Assembly (NCBI GenBank): GCA_032718475.1
Contig: JAUCBJ010003212.1
Span: 47,944 to 111,943 of the forward strand
DNA from: Nemertoderma westbladi
Lineage: Eukaryota; Animalia; Xenacoelomorpha
DNA: 64,000 nucleotides
Reading direction: 5' to 3'
Shown: positions 37,850-51,225 of the stretch, in pieces
Position numbering within the stretch: position 1 is the stretch's first letter
Layout: every line of letters starts with the position of its first letter
Notes under the pieces: generated by a model
Told to the model about the DNA's origin: nothing
What the model saw: the letters and a program-made list of their open reading frames with translations, nothing else
Database searches by the model: none
Translations under genes and position numbers: made by a program

Positions 37850-39207
37850 AGTACTCATAATGCGGAGTCTTGGGTTAGTTTATCGGTTACTGAGGAGAAG
37901 GTTGATCAATGCAGGAAATAGATGATGGAAGATATGAAAATTCTACGCGATCAGGTTATGAAGGCTGTTGCACATGGCCCTATGCAAAGTGGTATCCTAC
38001 CACCGCCCTCTGCGGGGAGGCCCTCGTTTAGGGATTCTATGGTTGCACCCCGGGGTTGGCTACCAGGTACGGACCACATGGGATCGCAGCCAGTTTACCC
38101 GAGAACCCTGGTATTACGACGCAGAACCAATAGTCCCTGGTACTCCAGTCAGCAGTCGCCTTCCGTAGCAGGTGCCCCAGATATGGCTGACTGGGCGTAC
38201 CTCACTGGGTGGGTTCCTGGAAACAGGACAATAAACCGGACCATGTGAACTCAGGTAGCCTGAAACATCTCCATCCCTCAGACCCTGACTTACCTACAAG
38301 GGCGATGCGTAGTGTTCCCCCAGCTCTACCCGTGGACGATGGATTTCAAGTGGTACCCCCCAGAAAGCCGAGAAAGCATATCATTGGTACTGGTACTGGG
38401 GGGAACCCTAGTGGGAAGGGTTGCGGTAAAGCCCTAGCTGCGCCCAAGGAAATTTTCATGTTTAACCGAATGAAAGATATAACTGCTATTGGAGTATTGA
38501 TACTGGAGAATTGATATCAGTGTTAGGAAGAGCGATATAGTGAAGAAGAATGATGAAGAGTCGCAGCATAGTGGTAGCTTTAAGATTGCCATGAATGCTA
38601 GCCAAATTGATAAGACTCTGTCCCCTGATACGTGGCCCGAGGGGGTCTGTGTACGTGAATGGACTCATTTCTCACGTTTCAATTCAGAGGGTAGGTGGTT
38701 GGAAGGGTCTCGAAATGGCCATGGCGGGCATGCCCTTGTTAATTCGTTTGCTTGTTCTATTAATATCAGTACAGTGCTATCTTTATATTTTTCTACAATT
38801 TTTCAATTTTTTATATATATTATTACTACAAATTAGTCCTCTTTAATTTCTTAAACATGTCAGCCCATTATAACTCGCAATTATCCATTGCATCATTCAA
38901 TAGCATAGGTCTATCGCCTAATAAAGTTGAATTTATTAAAACTTTTTTACTAGGATTCAATTTCGTGTGCCTACAGGAACATTTCTTACTTATAGATAAT
39001 TTATTAAACATTAAGAAAGCTTTTCCTGATTTAGAAGCTTTGCATAAACCTGCTATATTTTTAAATAATGATGTATGTTCTGGTAGGCCGTCGGGTGGCC
39101 TCTGTGTCTTATTTAAGAAATCTTTCACTAAATATGTTTCACTTCTGAATTGTGACAATTATAGACTTCAAGCTTTTAAATTGACTTTACCATATACACA
39201 ACCAGTT
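37850..39207 (+). mobile_element. 5' part of a CR1/L2-group LINE (frameshifted ORF1 and start of ORF2 APE)
   Basis: ORF1-like DDGFQVV...HIIGTG and SPDTWPEGVCVREW; ORF2 from 38857 with SFNSIGL, CLQEH, GRPSGGL. Confidence 0.75.
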
Positions 39208-40160
39208 CACAGTGGGTCAAGAGTGGCCAAAATAGGCAAAAACCGATGTGCTCAAAAACTTTTTTCAATATCACCATTCGATTCGCCATATCTGAAAACC
39301 TCAGAAAATATACTTAATTTCAACATTTTCATGTCTGGGAAGAAAATCTAGCTCGACAAACCCAAAATTTCAAATTTATATGAAAAAAATGAAATTTTCA
39401 TGCCAAATTAGGAAAATTGAAAATATTTGATAAATCAGTCAATTTTGAAGGAGTTTCAAAATTTTTTTTTTAATTTGTTCCCAGGAGTATGCCGAATTCA
39501 TATTTCATATCAAATATATAGTATTTTAAATGCAAATATGCACTAAAAGTGATATTCTTTAATAACCACAAAAATATCTTTAAAATATGTGTTCTAGAAC
39601 TTTCGGGATCAAAATTTTTTGCTAGGGCTTGGTGCTTACGCCCCAAGCTACCATTCAAATGAAAGATCAACATATATACAACAAAATTATTGCTAAACTG
39701 GGTTGCCCCAATTTGCCCAAAAGGAACAAAAATGACATCCAAATTTTGATATCCATACCAAAATTGAAGGATTTCATTGTTTGTACTTTCCAAAAATAGC
39801 ACTTATAAACGAGATGGACAATTGACACCAGTTTTAATCGAATCAGCACCCTCGAAAATATATGTAAATACCGAAAATTATCTATTTCTGTCTAGCAGTT
39901 TAGATTTTGACATTTTGTGCCATGCAGCCATGTGCCACTAACATGTGCCACATGCTAAACTGGCACATCTGTGTGACAGCGGAATTTGAAACTATTTACA
40001 ATCGAATTTCAGCACCCTCTAAAACCTCTAAATACTGAAAATTGTCAATTTCTGACTATCTGTAGTAAGTTTGATATTTTGTGCCATATGCCGAAAACAT
40101 GTGCCACTTACTAAAATGGCACGTTTGAGTGACAGCGGAATTTGATACTATTTGCAATCT
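39208..40160 (+). mobile_element. Truncated Transib-like non-autonomous insertion
   Basis: The APE frame is broken exactly at CACAGTGGG (39208). AT-rich non-coding body with an internal ~170-bp duplication; no matching right TIR found. Confidence 0.45.
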
Positions 40161-41261
40161 GGGTTACTATCTGGGTTACCAAATCTGGGTTACTATCCCA
40201 TCAGTTAGTAATAAACAAATAGGTGGATGTTACATCCCGCCAAATGAATCGAAATATTTTGATTTATGTTCGTTTAGTACTGTTCAAAGTAAATTGTTGT
40301 GTGACGATGTTTTTGTTGTAGGAGGTGACTTTAACAGCCGTATAGGTACACCCGACACTTGCTTTGCATTTGCTTTGGACAATGGTTGGAAATACCAACC
40401 ATGGACCGACCAGACAATAAACTCTCATGGGAAAATTTTCAAACGCATTTGTCTTGACACTGGGTGTATAATTTTAAACGCTTTATCAGGGTGGTCTCAC
40501 GTTTAGGATAAAAGATAAATGGGTTTCTGCTCTAGATTATTTAGTATCCCCAGTTAACGAGGTATCTAAAGTCCCCCCAGCATTAAAATGTATGAATGTG
40601 GACAGAGATTTACGACTCCCCACTGACCATGGTCCGATCAGCGTAACTGTTGCTGCAACAAATATAACGTCATCACAACTACTCAACTGAGCGAAATGTT
40701 TGGGCGATGAGCTTTTGAATGCCTCAGATGCAATATCTGGACCCCCGACTGTGAATTGTGTTAAGGGAATTAAACCCAACTGCGCTTCACTTGATAAGTT
40801 TAAGTCGTTGTTAGAGTTAGCTATTCTTCCGAGCTATGCTCACTGCATGGCTCGCCCCTCTACCATTTACCAACCCATTATACAAACTGCCCAGTCTGAT
40901 ATTGATGCAATGTGCGGTGATTTCTCACTAAATATTTACAAATACATATCTAACTCAATTCATACCTCGAATTATGTAACACAGGAGCCAGTGACGGCAG
41001 GATTCGGATCAACGAAGAGTCGATGGGCGCGTCTCGCAACCAATAATGACCCAAAACGCCTTTGGGCAGCCATAGACTGGAATGGAGAAGTCTTATCTGA
41101 CCAAGACTCCGGTACTCCTACTGACGATGAGTTTGCCGCACACTATTCAAAGCTACTTAATGACTACACATTTGTTGAACGGGAGATTGTCTCAGACATA
41201 AATATACCATTACTTGACGATGACATAACAATTAACGAGGTCTATAACGCTGCATCCAACC

Positions 41262-44200
41262 CAGGCCTGGATTAAGGGGGGGGCTGTGTGGGCTGCAGCC
41301 CACGGCCCAAGCGACTGAACCGGCCCTTTCAAATTGAGCTTTCCATTGTAATTGTTCTGTGCCTATAAGAGTCCCATGAAATATTAATCAATTCATAAGT
41401 CAAATTATCCAAAATCATGTTTGTACTATAATTCCTGAGTAAATTTCCCCCAGCCCATAACCAAATATTTCCATACCCCACTGTTTCCACAATAGGAATT
41501 ATGCCTCCCAGGCCACACTATACTGCCAAAGCAGGATAGGGCTATCAACCTGGACATATTAATTGGAAGCCAGCAGTCCCATTACCTACAGGCTATTTAC
41601 TCCACCTAACTAATGCTTTAGGGCAAGCTTGTAGCACAGGTGATGTGAGCACATGACCAATCGTGAAACACATACCACACCTTTACTATAATAAACAGAA
41701 CAGACAGACAGGAGGCTCTAAGCAAATGGCAGGGAAGACCTACCTGTACATTGACACCAGGCTAGTGGCTGACCAAAACACGCTGTGATTGGTGTATTTG
41801 TTGAGATATTGGATTTCTTCTATGAGTCATGAATCACTGACTCTGGACTGGATCTAATAAATTGCAGGTAATGTGTTACGTGATATTTATTGGTTGGCTA
41901 TACCTCTACACGAAGTTCTTACTTCTTATCCTGTTGTAAAGTTATATATATTTAAGCTTCAGCTTATGACACAGTGGTAAATAAAATAATAGTGTTAGTT
42001 TTTGTTACATTATATTAACGCTACCGTGACTTATCAGCGTTAATTATTATTATTGACACACTTAAATTAACAAACATAATAATTTCGTTAAAATTATTAT
42101 TATTAAAATAAATTATCGTTTATTGTTTTGGTTAGAAAAGCTCAAGCTCGCCACTGTAATCTGCTCCATTCCGCTAATTATTAAATCTAATTGATATGAT
42201 ATGATATGATATGGTCTGTTAGATCAGCAATCAGTAGATAACACCATCACTGTAACCTGCTCCATTCCCTTAAATTACGAAAGGGAAATCTAGTTTCGTT
42301 ATTTGTTTATTGTTTTGGTTATTGATTGTGAGATAGTTTTACTTAGCTGTACTTATATTGGTTATTGATAAAACTGGTGATTTAAATTATTAGACAATTA
42401 TAGAATTATCTCTACAATAATCAGATAATGGGAACATTTGTAAAGAACATTTCGAAGAAGGGTATTGGTGGTGCAGAAAAGATGCGAGCAAAAAAAGCTA
42501 AAGAGAAAAGAGAGAGTGTTTTGTTATCATCTGTGCCCAAGCTACGAACATATTTTACACCTATATCAGACCAAATAGACAAAACTTCGGATGAAACAGT
42601 AGAGCCTACCATTCCCCCAGTTGAATTACCTGATGCAGTCAGTGATGCCCCAATGCAATGCACCTCTGGCACAGGTGACTGTTTTAATGTAAACTTATCT
42701 GTAGCTGAAGAAATTGTTGATCCACTGTCAAATGCATCTGACGGCCAGGCCATTGCAAATCAATTTCATGGCTATGCTGGTGATGTTGAGCCATCTACTA
42801 CTGATCTGTGTATAACTCCAGATGTTGGGACATGGAATGAGGTAGTTATTGTTCCTGGCATGATAGAATTTTGGGTTGGTGAAGGGAGCACACAATGCCA
42901 AAATATTGCTGGTGGTGACTTTTCTGCATCGAGCTATATTCACGCCAATGAGAAGTTTACCCGCTCTTGCACATTGTCATTGTTTGAACGCAAAATGGAA
43001 GGACAACGACCAACAACACGCGAATGGCTTTGCTACTCACCTTCTCAAGGCAAGGTTTATTGCTTTCCTTGTAAATTATTGTCTTCGGATCGGACCAATC
43101 AATTTGTTAACCCAGGATTCAACAATTGGAAACATGCAGCTGTGGTTGTTCGCAGGCATGAAAATTCCGAATGTCACCGAGATGCAATGATCGGTTTGGT
43201 GATTAGAAGAGACGCAAAAAGACGTGTGGATGCAGCACTGCTTAAGGAATTTGAAATCCAGAATAATTATTGGCAACAGGTACTTACTCGAGCTGTAAGT
43301 GTAATAAGAAAACTCACTGAACGTGGGTTGCCATTGCGTGGCAGTTATGAACATATAGGTTCAACTCAAAACGGTAATTTCTTAGGAATGATGGAGTTAG
43401 TGGCAGAGTATGATCCATTTCTTAAGGGGCATATTGATAAATATGCCGATCAAGGAAAGGGAAACGTTTCTTACTTGTCCAAAACTGTATACGAAGAACT
43501 TGTGGAGCTTATGGCACAAGCTGTTTTGGAGTATATAATCAATGAGATAAAGTTGGCAAAGTATTATTCAGTATCAGTGGATTCTACTCCTGATGTAGCT
43601 CACATTGACCAGCTCACATTCATAATACGATATGTGTTACCTGATGGCCCAGTCGAAAGATTTATTAAGTTTATTGACATTGGACAGCACACTGGAGAAC
43701 ATCTTGCAACAACTATAATGGGTTTACTGGAAGGATTTGGAATCCCACTAAGTCATTGCCGTGGGCAGAGCTATGACAATGCCCCCAATATGTCTGGCAA
43801 GTATAATGGCACACAGGCCATTATAAGAGCAGCAAATCCTCTTGCAGATTTTGTACCATGTGCTGCACACTCACTCAATTTAATTGGCCAATCAGCAGCC
43901 AGTAGCTGCCTGCAGGCTGTTATTTTTTTCAACTTTGTTGAAAAATTATATTCATTTTTCTCTGCTTCTACCTATCGCTGGTCTATTTTGCAAAACCATC
44001 TTAAAGATCGAAAGCTACCAACTGTTAAGGTCCTTTCAGAGACAAGGTGGTCGGCCAGAGCAGATGCCACAGGTGCTCTTGAGCGAGGTTATGGAGAAAT
44101 TCGTAATGCCCTTACGGATATATCTAATAACAGTGCCCAGAAGCCGGATTGTCGTGCTGAAGCCAGGGGTTTGGCTGATCAGATGGGATCACTCGAAATA

Positions 44201-46750
44201 TCAATAATGGCTGAAGTCTGGCATACAATTCTGGAAAGGTTTCAGTCTACCAACACCCTTCTTCAATCCTCTTCCCTGGATATAAACCAAGCTGTTTCTT
44301 TGCTGAAGTCATTAACCGAATTTGTTGAAGAGTTGCGAACTCAATTTCCTAAGTTTGAACAACAAGGCAAAGAACGATGCGGTGAGGATTATGTGAGAAT
44401 AACCAGAAGAAAAAGGAAACGTAATACAAGGTATGTAAAACCGTGCTGCTATGTTATAGTTAGTAAAATTATATATTTATACAGTTATATGGTGTGTCTG
44501 GAATTAAAAATGGGGTTAAAAATGAAAGTGAAAGTGAAATCATAAAAGTGAAAGTGAATTTTCATAAAAAGTAAAATGAATAAAAGTAAAAATTTATTTA
44601 CCTTTTCAATGCGTTATAAATCGAATTTTAAAAAAGTTTAATTTCAAATAAAATTGAATGTTATTGTAAGCGTCATGACCATTTAAAATCCGTTTACCAG
44701 TTGACTCCTTTTCTAGGTGAAAGTGAAATAACGCTAATTATTATACGAATTAGTAACTAAGTTAACTGTCCAATAATTGCAACAAAGTTTGAAAAAGGTT
44801 GTCATTCGTTTAAAAAGAATCTGAAGTTTGGGGAAAAATCAGACAATCTGTCTGTCTGCTTATTACTTTGACAGGCAGATTGCTGGACAGACAGATAAAC
44901 CGACATACAAACATAGGTTGCCGTCAAACATGAAAACTGACGTCAGAAATGAAATCAGCAACCACGATAACCAACCACCATAACAGAACTTCTAGCTAGG
45001 TGGAATGCTTTCATTATATTTTAACAGACGGACAGACAGACAAACCGACAGACACATATGCTTCTTTTTGTTCTCGTTTTGTTAAGCCATCTGTTCAATT
45101 ATCTTTTACATCAAAACTCTTTTCTAGGTATGATGATGGTGATTGTCCAGATTCCGAATTATGTCCAAGCAAACAGTTTGAGGTGGAATCGTTCTTACCG
45201 ATTATAGACCGTTTGATTTCCGATCTCAAGGTCCGCCTAAAGGCATACTTAAATCTCTCTGAAAAATTCGGTTTCCTAACAAACCTAGAAACTATGCCAG
45301 CTGCTGATATTTCCAGGTCCGCAAAGAAATTATTGGAATCTTATCCAGGTGACTTTGATGACAGTATTTCAAACGAATTGATCCATTTCTCCAAGTTTAT
45401 CAGTTCTTCCTTTGCTAAAGAAACCATGAGCGAACTTAAAAGCAAGGACACTAATGCAAGTAAAGAACTTGTTATGTATCTTCTCATAACAAGGAATGGA
45501 CTTGAATCGACATTTCCCAATGTTGAGGTTTTACTCCGCATCTATTTAGCCCTCATGGTTACAGTCTGCGAGGGTGAGCGTTCCTTCTCTACGTTGAAAC
45601 GAATCAAAAGTCAGCTGCGGAGCACAATGGGCCAGGAACGCCTGAACAGTCTGTCTATTCTGAATATCGAAAACTCTGTCTTGTCCCAGATCGATCTATC
45701 AAAAATAATAAGAGACTTTTCAAAACGGAAAGCACGGAAACCTCCAGTCTAATTTACCATATAATGTAACCTATATAATAATTATATTTGTTATATATTA
45801 TATATTTTATAATATATATATATATATTATATTATATAGATAGCCTCTGCTATATCAGTTCACAAAATATCTGCAATTTCACAAAAATTACAATTTATTT
45901 AAAATTATAATTGTAATTTAATAACAATTGATGCATCACTAACTAACAATTTGTATGTGCATGTATTTGTATATGTAACAATTTCCATATATCGTGACCA
46001 AAGAGCCAGAACAACACTCACCAATAAATGTGGTTTCCAGAAAAATCTAAAAAACCTTGTCATTTCCCTTTATATGGATCCCGTCTCCTAATTTTTTCGA
46101 CATAGGTCTGGGAAGATACATTGATACATTTTATAATAGTGGCTAGCATTCAAAATGAATTTTGTTAATGAAAAAAACTGTTTTTTTCGTTATTTTCCAA
46201 AGAGGCAAAACAACACACACTGAAATTTAACATCAACTCTAGTCTGTGTGTGTTGTTTTACCTCTAACGGTTTTCAACTTTTCTGTTGTGAGGGTTGTTC
46301 TGGTTTTCCATATCTGCTAAACGGACTGACATACAAGTCTAGGATTTTACCATAAGATGTAGAACGCCATCTTGAGTATTTTTGGTAAAAAAAATTTTTT
46401 TTGAAAAATTGTGGTATATATGTGTTGTTCTGGCTTTATGGTCACGATATTATACAGTATATTAAAATTTTATTGTACGTTTTATGTATTGTAATTAGTA
46501 TTTTATTAGTTAATAATTTACTGTAATATTAAACAATTCTGTGTCTTTCTTTCAGTTGTAGGTGATGGTGGTTTTTGCATTAATTTTTGAGTTTACTCCA
46601 TTGCTGTAATTAGCACTCGGTTTCTTTATAGTAAATAATTAATAATAATTATATGTAAAATATTTAGTTTTTCATGTTATTTTTTACCCGTTGGAAAACG
46701 GCCCTTTTTATTACTCAGCCCACAGCCCTGATAACCTTAATCCGGCCCTG
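41262..46750 (+). mobile_element. Full-length hAT transposon (Tip100-like), 5489 bp
   Basis: 16-bp TIRs CAGGCCTGGATTAAGG / CCTTAATCCGGCCCTG; perfect 8-bp TSD ATCCAACC at 41254-41261 and 46751-46758. Confidence 0.96.
42428..45752 (+). CDS. hAT transposase (TTF-type Zn finger, DUF4371, DDE core, hATC dimerisation domain), 875 aa, 2 exons
   Basis: Exons 42428-44430 and 45128-45752 join in frame (AG|G TAT), 2628 nt with no stop. Motifs YCFPC, VDSTPD, GQSYDNA, CAAHSLNL, TRWSAR, ERSFSTLKRIK. Confidence 0.93.
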
Positions 46751-47373
46751 ATCCAACCTGCGACGCGGGAGAGCTTGTGGCCCTGATGGCATTTCTGCAG
46801 ATTACCTGAAAGCCTTACCTGTCCAATGGCTTTTAACTATTGTTTTTATACTAAACTGTGTGTTTACCTCGGGGCTTTATCCTTTGAACTGGTGTTACAC
46901 ACGATTTGTGTCTGTGTTTAAGAAAGGAAATAAGTTGATATGCTCGAATTACCGCAGTATAAGTATTATAAATTCTCTAGCTAAGCTCTATGACGCTATA
47001 CTTACTTTCAGACTACAATCCTGGTTGAGACCTCTCCCTGAGCAAGCTGGTTCATGTAAAGGAAGAGGCTGTTTAGAACGGATCTTAGCACTCCCCCTCC
47101 TGTGTAACTATGCCAGAGAAACTAATAAGACCCTGTTTTTGGTATTCATAGATTTCAAAACTGCATACGATAACATCAATAGAAATTACTTGTTCCAGAT
47201 ATTACTTGACAGAGGTTGCGGTGGCAGAATGCTCCGTGCATTGCAATCAATTTGCAAAGGAACACATGCACTGATTGGATCTGCTATAGTATCATTTAAT
47301 AAAGGGCTCCGTAAAGGTCCAGTGGATATTTGTTTACGTTGCTAATAGATGTATTTGTCCGTGCCCTACGTTC

Positions 47374-47660
47374 CCTCACCCCCGATAGTTGGCTAAAGTT
47401 GCTACATTCTGTTTTACTAATGGATGACACAGCGGTGATTGCGACAAATAGATTGGCCGCTTTGGCCTAGCTGGATGTACTAATTAATTTTTGCAAGTCT
47501 TCTGGTATGACATTGAACGAGAAGAAATCGATGTTTATGGTGATAAACGGCACTCTGAGTGACAGGGAAGATATCATTCTGGAAGAGTATACCATAAAAC
47601 ATACTTCATCATATATTTATCTTGGCTCACCAATCACCAGTGATGGTTTAGTATCAACTG

Positions 47661-47661
<1 letters not shown>
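47374..47661 (+). repeat. 288-bp target-site duplication, copy 1 (copy 2 at 49478-49765)
   Basis: Both copies are 288 bp and differ at two positions seen by eye; they flank the RTE insertion exactly. Confidence 0.93.
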
Positions 47662-47705
<44 letters not shown>

Positions 47706-49480
47706 GGATCGGCATGCTGCATTGCAGCTGCATTTTTAAGAATGCTGTGCCGGCTTGTCAACAAAATTGCACCGCCACAACTCCCTATCACCCATGACAT
47801 TTGCTAGATCATCCGCATCTTTAAGGCCAGTGTCCTTTAAGATGCGTCTCAAGAAAGTCATGGGCTGTCCACCATGCTTATTCACTCCATGAGGCTGCCA
47901 AAGTACAAGATTATGCACTGGCTGGTCCTCACGGCGTAAGCAATGTCCTGCAAAGCGGAGGCGATTTTGTTCTAGTGTCATGCTTGGGGGAACCAATGAG
48001 ACACCTCCAATGTTATATAGTGTCTGGTTGGAGATGTGTGCATTGTACTTGACACAATGTACCCGGCGTAGCATTCTTGTGAATGTGCCATCCAGAGATT
48101 TGGTGTCCTCAGCAGTTAGAGCCCAGCATGGACTCCCGTAGAGGAGTACTGGAACTACTGCTGCTCTGAATAATCGGACCTTAAGTTTCCGATTAATTCT
48201 AGGTGACTTCCAAATCCTGGAAAGCCTATTCAAGGCTGCCCATGCCTTTCCCTTACGTATTCGAAGGTCCTCACCTGACTTCCGGATCCATGATCCCAGG
48301 TAACAGAAGTCGTCCACATGCTCAAGCATACCATCCTTTGAGCTTATGCTCATCCGATCAGAGACTTGCTGAGGACTTTCAAGGTTAACTGTCAGAATTT
48401 TTGTCTTTCTGGAGTTAATAAAAAGACCAACACTAGAAGCAGCATGTTCTAATGAGCTGAGGAGCCGCTGGGCTCCCTCTAATGATTCTGAGAGTACTCC
48501 TAAGTCATCAGCAAAGTCTAGATCAGTTAGGTACTTGGCAGGATTTCCTCGACTTCTGGAGCCAGTAGGTGGAGTTATCATCACCCCATCATCATTATGA
48601 TGATCTAAGGACATGCGTAGAACATAGTCAACCACAATAATGAACAAGAATGGTGCAAGTGTGTCTCCTTGGAGGACGCCCCATAACACTTCAAATGGTT
48701 CTGTGTCACCATCAACAGTAGACACAAATGTTGTCGAACCATCGTATACTGATCTGATTGCTGCAATAATTTCATCAGGAATCCCATATAATGAAAGTAT
48801 GCTGAACATACGTGCGCGAGAGACTGAATCAAAGGCCTTGAAGAAGTCAACAAAGATAACAGCCAGATGCCTGTCTTTCTTTTTTGATAACTCTTCAATT
48901 ATCCTTCTAAGTGCCAAAATGGGCTCCATGGTCCCACGACCTTTACGGAACCCATTCTGATTTCCACGTAGCAGTCTCTCAATGGGATCCCTGATGCGAT
49001 TTAATAGAATTCTATTGTATAGTTTTGCAGCAATCGAGATCAATGAGATTCCCCGAAAAGAACCATAGAGTGTTAGGTTGCCCTTCTTGGGAACTGGCAC
49101 CAACTTATTTGTTTTCATTTCTTGTGGGACTCTTGTTGTACGGTACATGTCTACTATGATGGGATAGATGAGCTTTAAACACACAGGTATTTTAAAGACC
49201 TCAGGGGGAACACCATCTACTCCACTGGCACGATTGGTCTTAATGCTCTTTGCAGCAGCCTTCACTTCTGCAAAGGAGATATCGCCAATGGGAATATCTG
49301 GGAGTACAGACTCAGACACTTTTACTTCTATAAAGTTATCAGGCAATACCCTGTCATTATTGAGGAGCTTTTCAAAGTGGGCTTTCCAACCATTGAGGCG
49401 ATCGGCTGGTGATTCAGCCTTAACCTTGGTGGTTGGTTGGCTTTTCTGCCCAGTAAGCAGATTGATCGATTTCCATGCCT
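47662..49480 (-). mobile_element. 5'-truncated RTE-clade LINE with (TAG)n tail
   Basis: Tail reads (TAC)n at 47662-47705 on the plus strand; very short 3' UTR; uninterrupted RT ORF. Confidence 0.93.
47736..49346 (-). CDS. RTE reverse transcriptase (N-terminally truncated, frame intact)
   Basis: RGISLISIAAKLY, QNGFRKGR, FVDFFKAFDSV, LQGDTLAPFLF, DFADD, FCYLGS, RLRFAGHC. Confidence 0.92.
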   Translation of the reverse strand: MPDNFIEVKVSESVLPDIPIGDISFAEVKAAAKSIKTNRASGVDGVPPEVFKIPVCLKLIYPIIVDMYRTTRVPQEMKTNKLVPVPKKGNLTLYGSFRGISLISIAAKLYNRILLNRIRDPIERLLRGNQNGFRKGRGTMEPILALRRIIEELSKKKDRHLAVIFVDFFKAFDSVSRARMFSILSLYGIPDEIIAAIRSVYDGSTTFVSTVDGDTEPFEVLWGVLQGDTLAPFLFIIVVDYVLRMSLDHHNDDGVMITPPTGSRSRGNPAKYLTDLDFADDLGVLSESLEGAQRLLSSLEHAASSVGLFINSRKTKILTVNLESPQQVSDRMSISSKDGMLEHVDDFCYLGSWIRKSGEDLRIRKGKAWAALNRLSRIWKSPRINRKLKVRLFRAAVVPVLLYGSPCWALTAEDTKSLDGTFTRMLRRVHCVKYNAHISNQTLYNIGGVSLVPPSMTLEQNRLRFAGHCLRREDQPVHNLVLWQPHGVNKHGGQPMTFLRRILKDTGLKDADDLANVMGDRELWRCNFVDKPAQHS

Positions 49481-50863
49481 CACCCCCGATAGTTGGCTAA
49501 AGTTGCTACATTCTGTTTTACTAATGGATGACACAGCGGTGATTGCGACAAATAGATAGGCCGCTTTGGCCTAGCTGGATATACTAATTAATTTTTGCAA
49601 GTCTTCTGGTATGACATTGAACGAGAAGAAATCGATGTTTATGGTGATAAACGGCACTCTGAGTGACAGGGAAGATATCATTCTGGAAGAGTATACCATA
49701 AAACATACTTCATCATATATTTATCTTGGCTCACCAATCACCAGTGATGGTTTAGTATCAACTGCAGTATCCCTCAATGCATCTGCGAAACAATGCCATC
49801 GGCTTAAGTACAGTTCATTTCTCATGAAAAACCCGGACATTCCGTTTATGATTAAAAAACAAGTGTTCAATGCAGCAGTTGTGTCAGCAATAACCTATGG
49901 TTGCGAAACGTGGTTAGGGGCTAATCTGAATGACTTCGAGGCTCTATATATTTCAATGGTAAGGAGTTTGCTAGGTGTTAGACCCACCACGTGTGGAGAC
50001 ATATGTCTCATTGAAGCGGGAATCCCTGACTTGAAATCGTTGGTATGTGAGAGACAACGAAAGTTCCTTACGAAATTCAAGGTTATTGAAGACTCCCCTC
50101 TTGCTGTCGCAATAGAAATTGTGAAAGATGGTAACACATCGATGTCCGCGAAAATAGATACTTTGAAATCAGAACAACGTTTCACTTTGAACGAGTATGA
50201 AACGCCACCTGTTCAAGCTAATGAACCCGGACTTAACTTCCCCCCAGCTCTATTGTGACTCCTCAGTTCCCGAACGTCATCGCATCCCTTGGACCCGTTT
50301 TCGGCTGGGTAGCCATAACTTCCCAGTAGAACGGATGAGATGGAAGAGGGCTAAACCCGAGGACCGAGTTTGTGGATGTGGTGGGATTCAGACCGAAGCC
50401 CATATAGTTGTAGATTGTCCTATGACAAGGACATTAAGACGAGAATGCGACCCCTGTCTTGGTTATCTATGACTGAGATGTTCTGTCTGGATAACCAAGC
50501 CAAAATAGCAAAATTTATCTCAAAATTAGATAATGTATTCGATTGAGTAAACAGCCCCCCCCCCCCCCCCCCCCCGATATATGTAATGTTTGATATACTT
50601 AGTTAGTATTATGTGTGTTTGTGTGTTTGTTGGGAATATAAATATATGTTACTCTACTATGTATTACATCTGGTCCTCACACGGCTATAATGTTGTCTAT
50701 ATAAACATCTGTAATATTTTTGTATGATAATGTGCTGTCTTATTTTGAGGGTGATGGTAGATATTTAGATTTGTACGTCTCATTTTGTCTCTTGTTTAGT
50801 GCATATTACCGATGTTAGTTATGCAACAGTTAATGTGAAGACAATAAACAATCAATCAATCAA

Positions 50864-51225
50864 TCACTCACCTTCACCCCATTCCTGCTTCTCACTCACC
50901 TTCACCCCACTCCTGCTCCTCACTCACCTTCACCCCACTCCTGCCCCTCACTACCTTCACCCCATTCCTGCTCCTCACTCACCTTCACCCCACTCCTGCT
51001 CCTCACTCATATTCACCCCACTCCTGCTCCTCACTCACCTTTGCCCCATTCCTGCTCCTCACTCACCTTCACCCCACTCCTGCTCCCCACTCACCTTCAC
51101 CTTCACCCCGCTCCTGCTCCTCAATCTCCTTCACCCCACTCCTGGTCCTCACTTACCTTCACCCCATTCCTTCTCCCCAATCACCTTCACCCCAATCATG
51201 CTCCTCCTCCTTCACCCCACTCCTG
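50864..51225. repeat. ~28-bp pyrimidine-rich minisatellite (~13 copies) abutting the LINE tail
   Basis: Unit approximately CACTCACCTTCACCCCACTCCTGCTCCT. Confidence 0.9.

Larger units (their letters stand above)
40165..50865 (+). mobile_element. L2/CR1-group LINE ORF2 (APE-RT-CCHC) pseudogene interrupted by hAT and RTE insertions
   Basis: GCYIPP, GGDFNSR, TDHGP (APE); NYRSISIIN, EQAG, FIDFKTAYD, LLMDDT, YIYLGS (RT); CGCGGIQTEAHIVVDC. AATAAA followed by a (CAAT)n tail at ~50843-50865; several stops and frameshifts. Confidence 0.9.

Noticed and set aside
44431-44545. C-terminal tail of the 705-aa hAT ORF as listed in the track
   Set aside because: Read-through into the intron; splicing at 44430 to 45128 restores the hATC domain.
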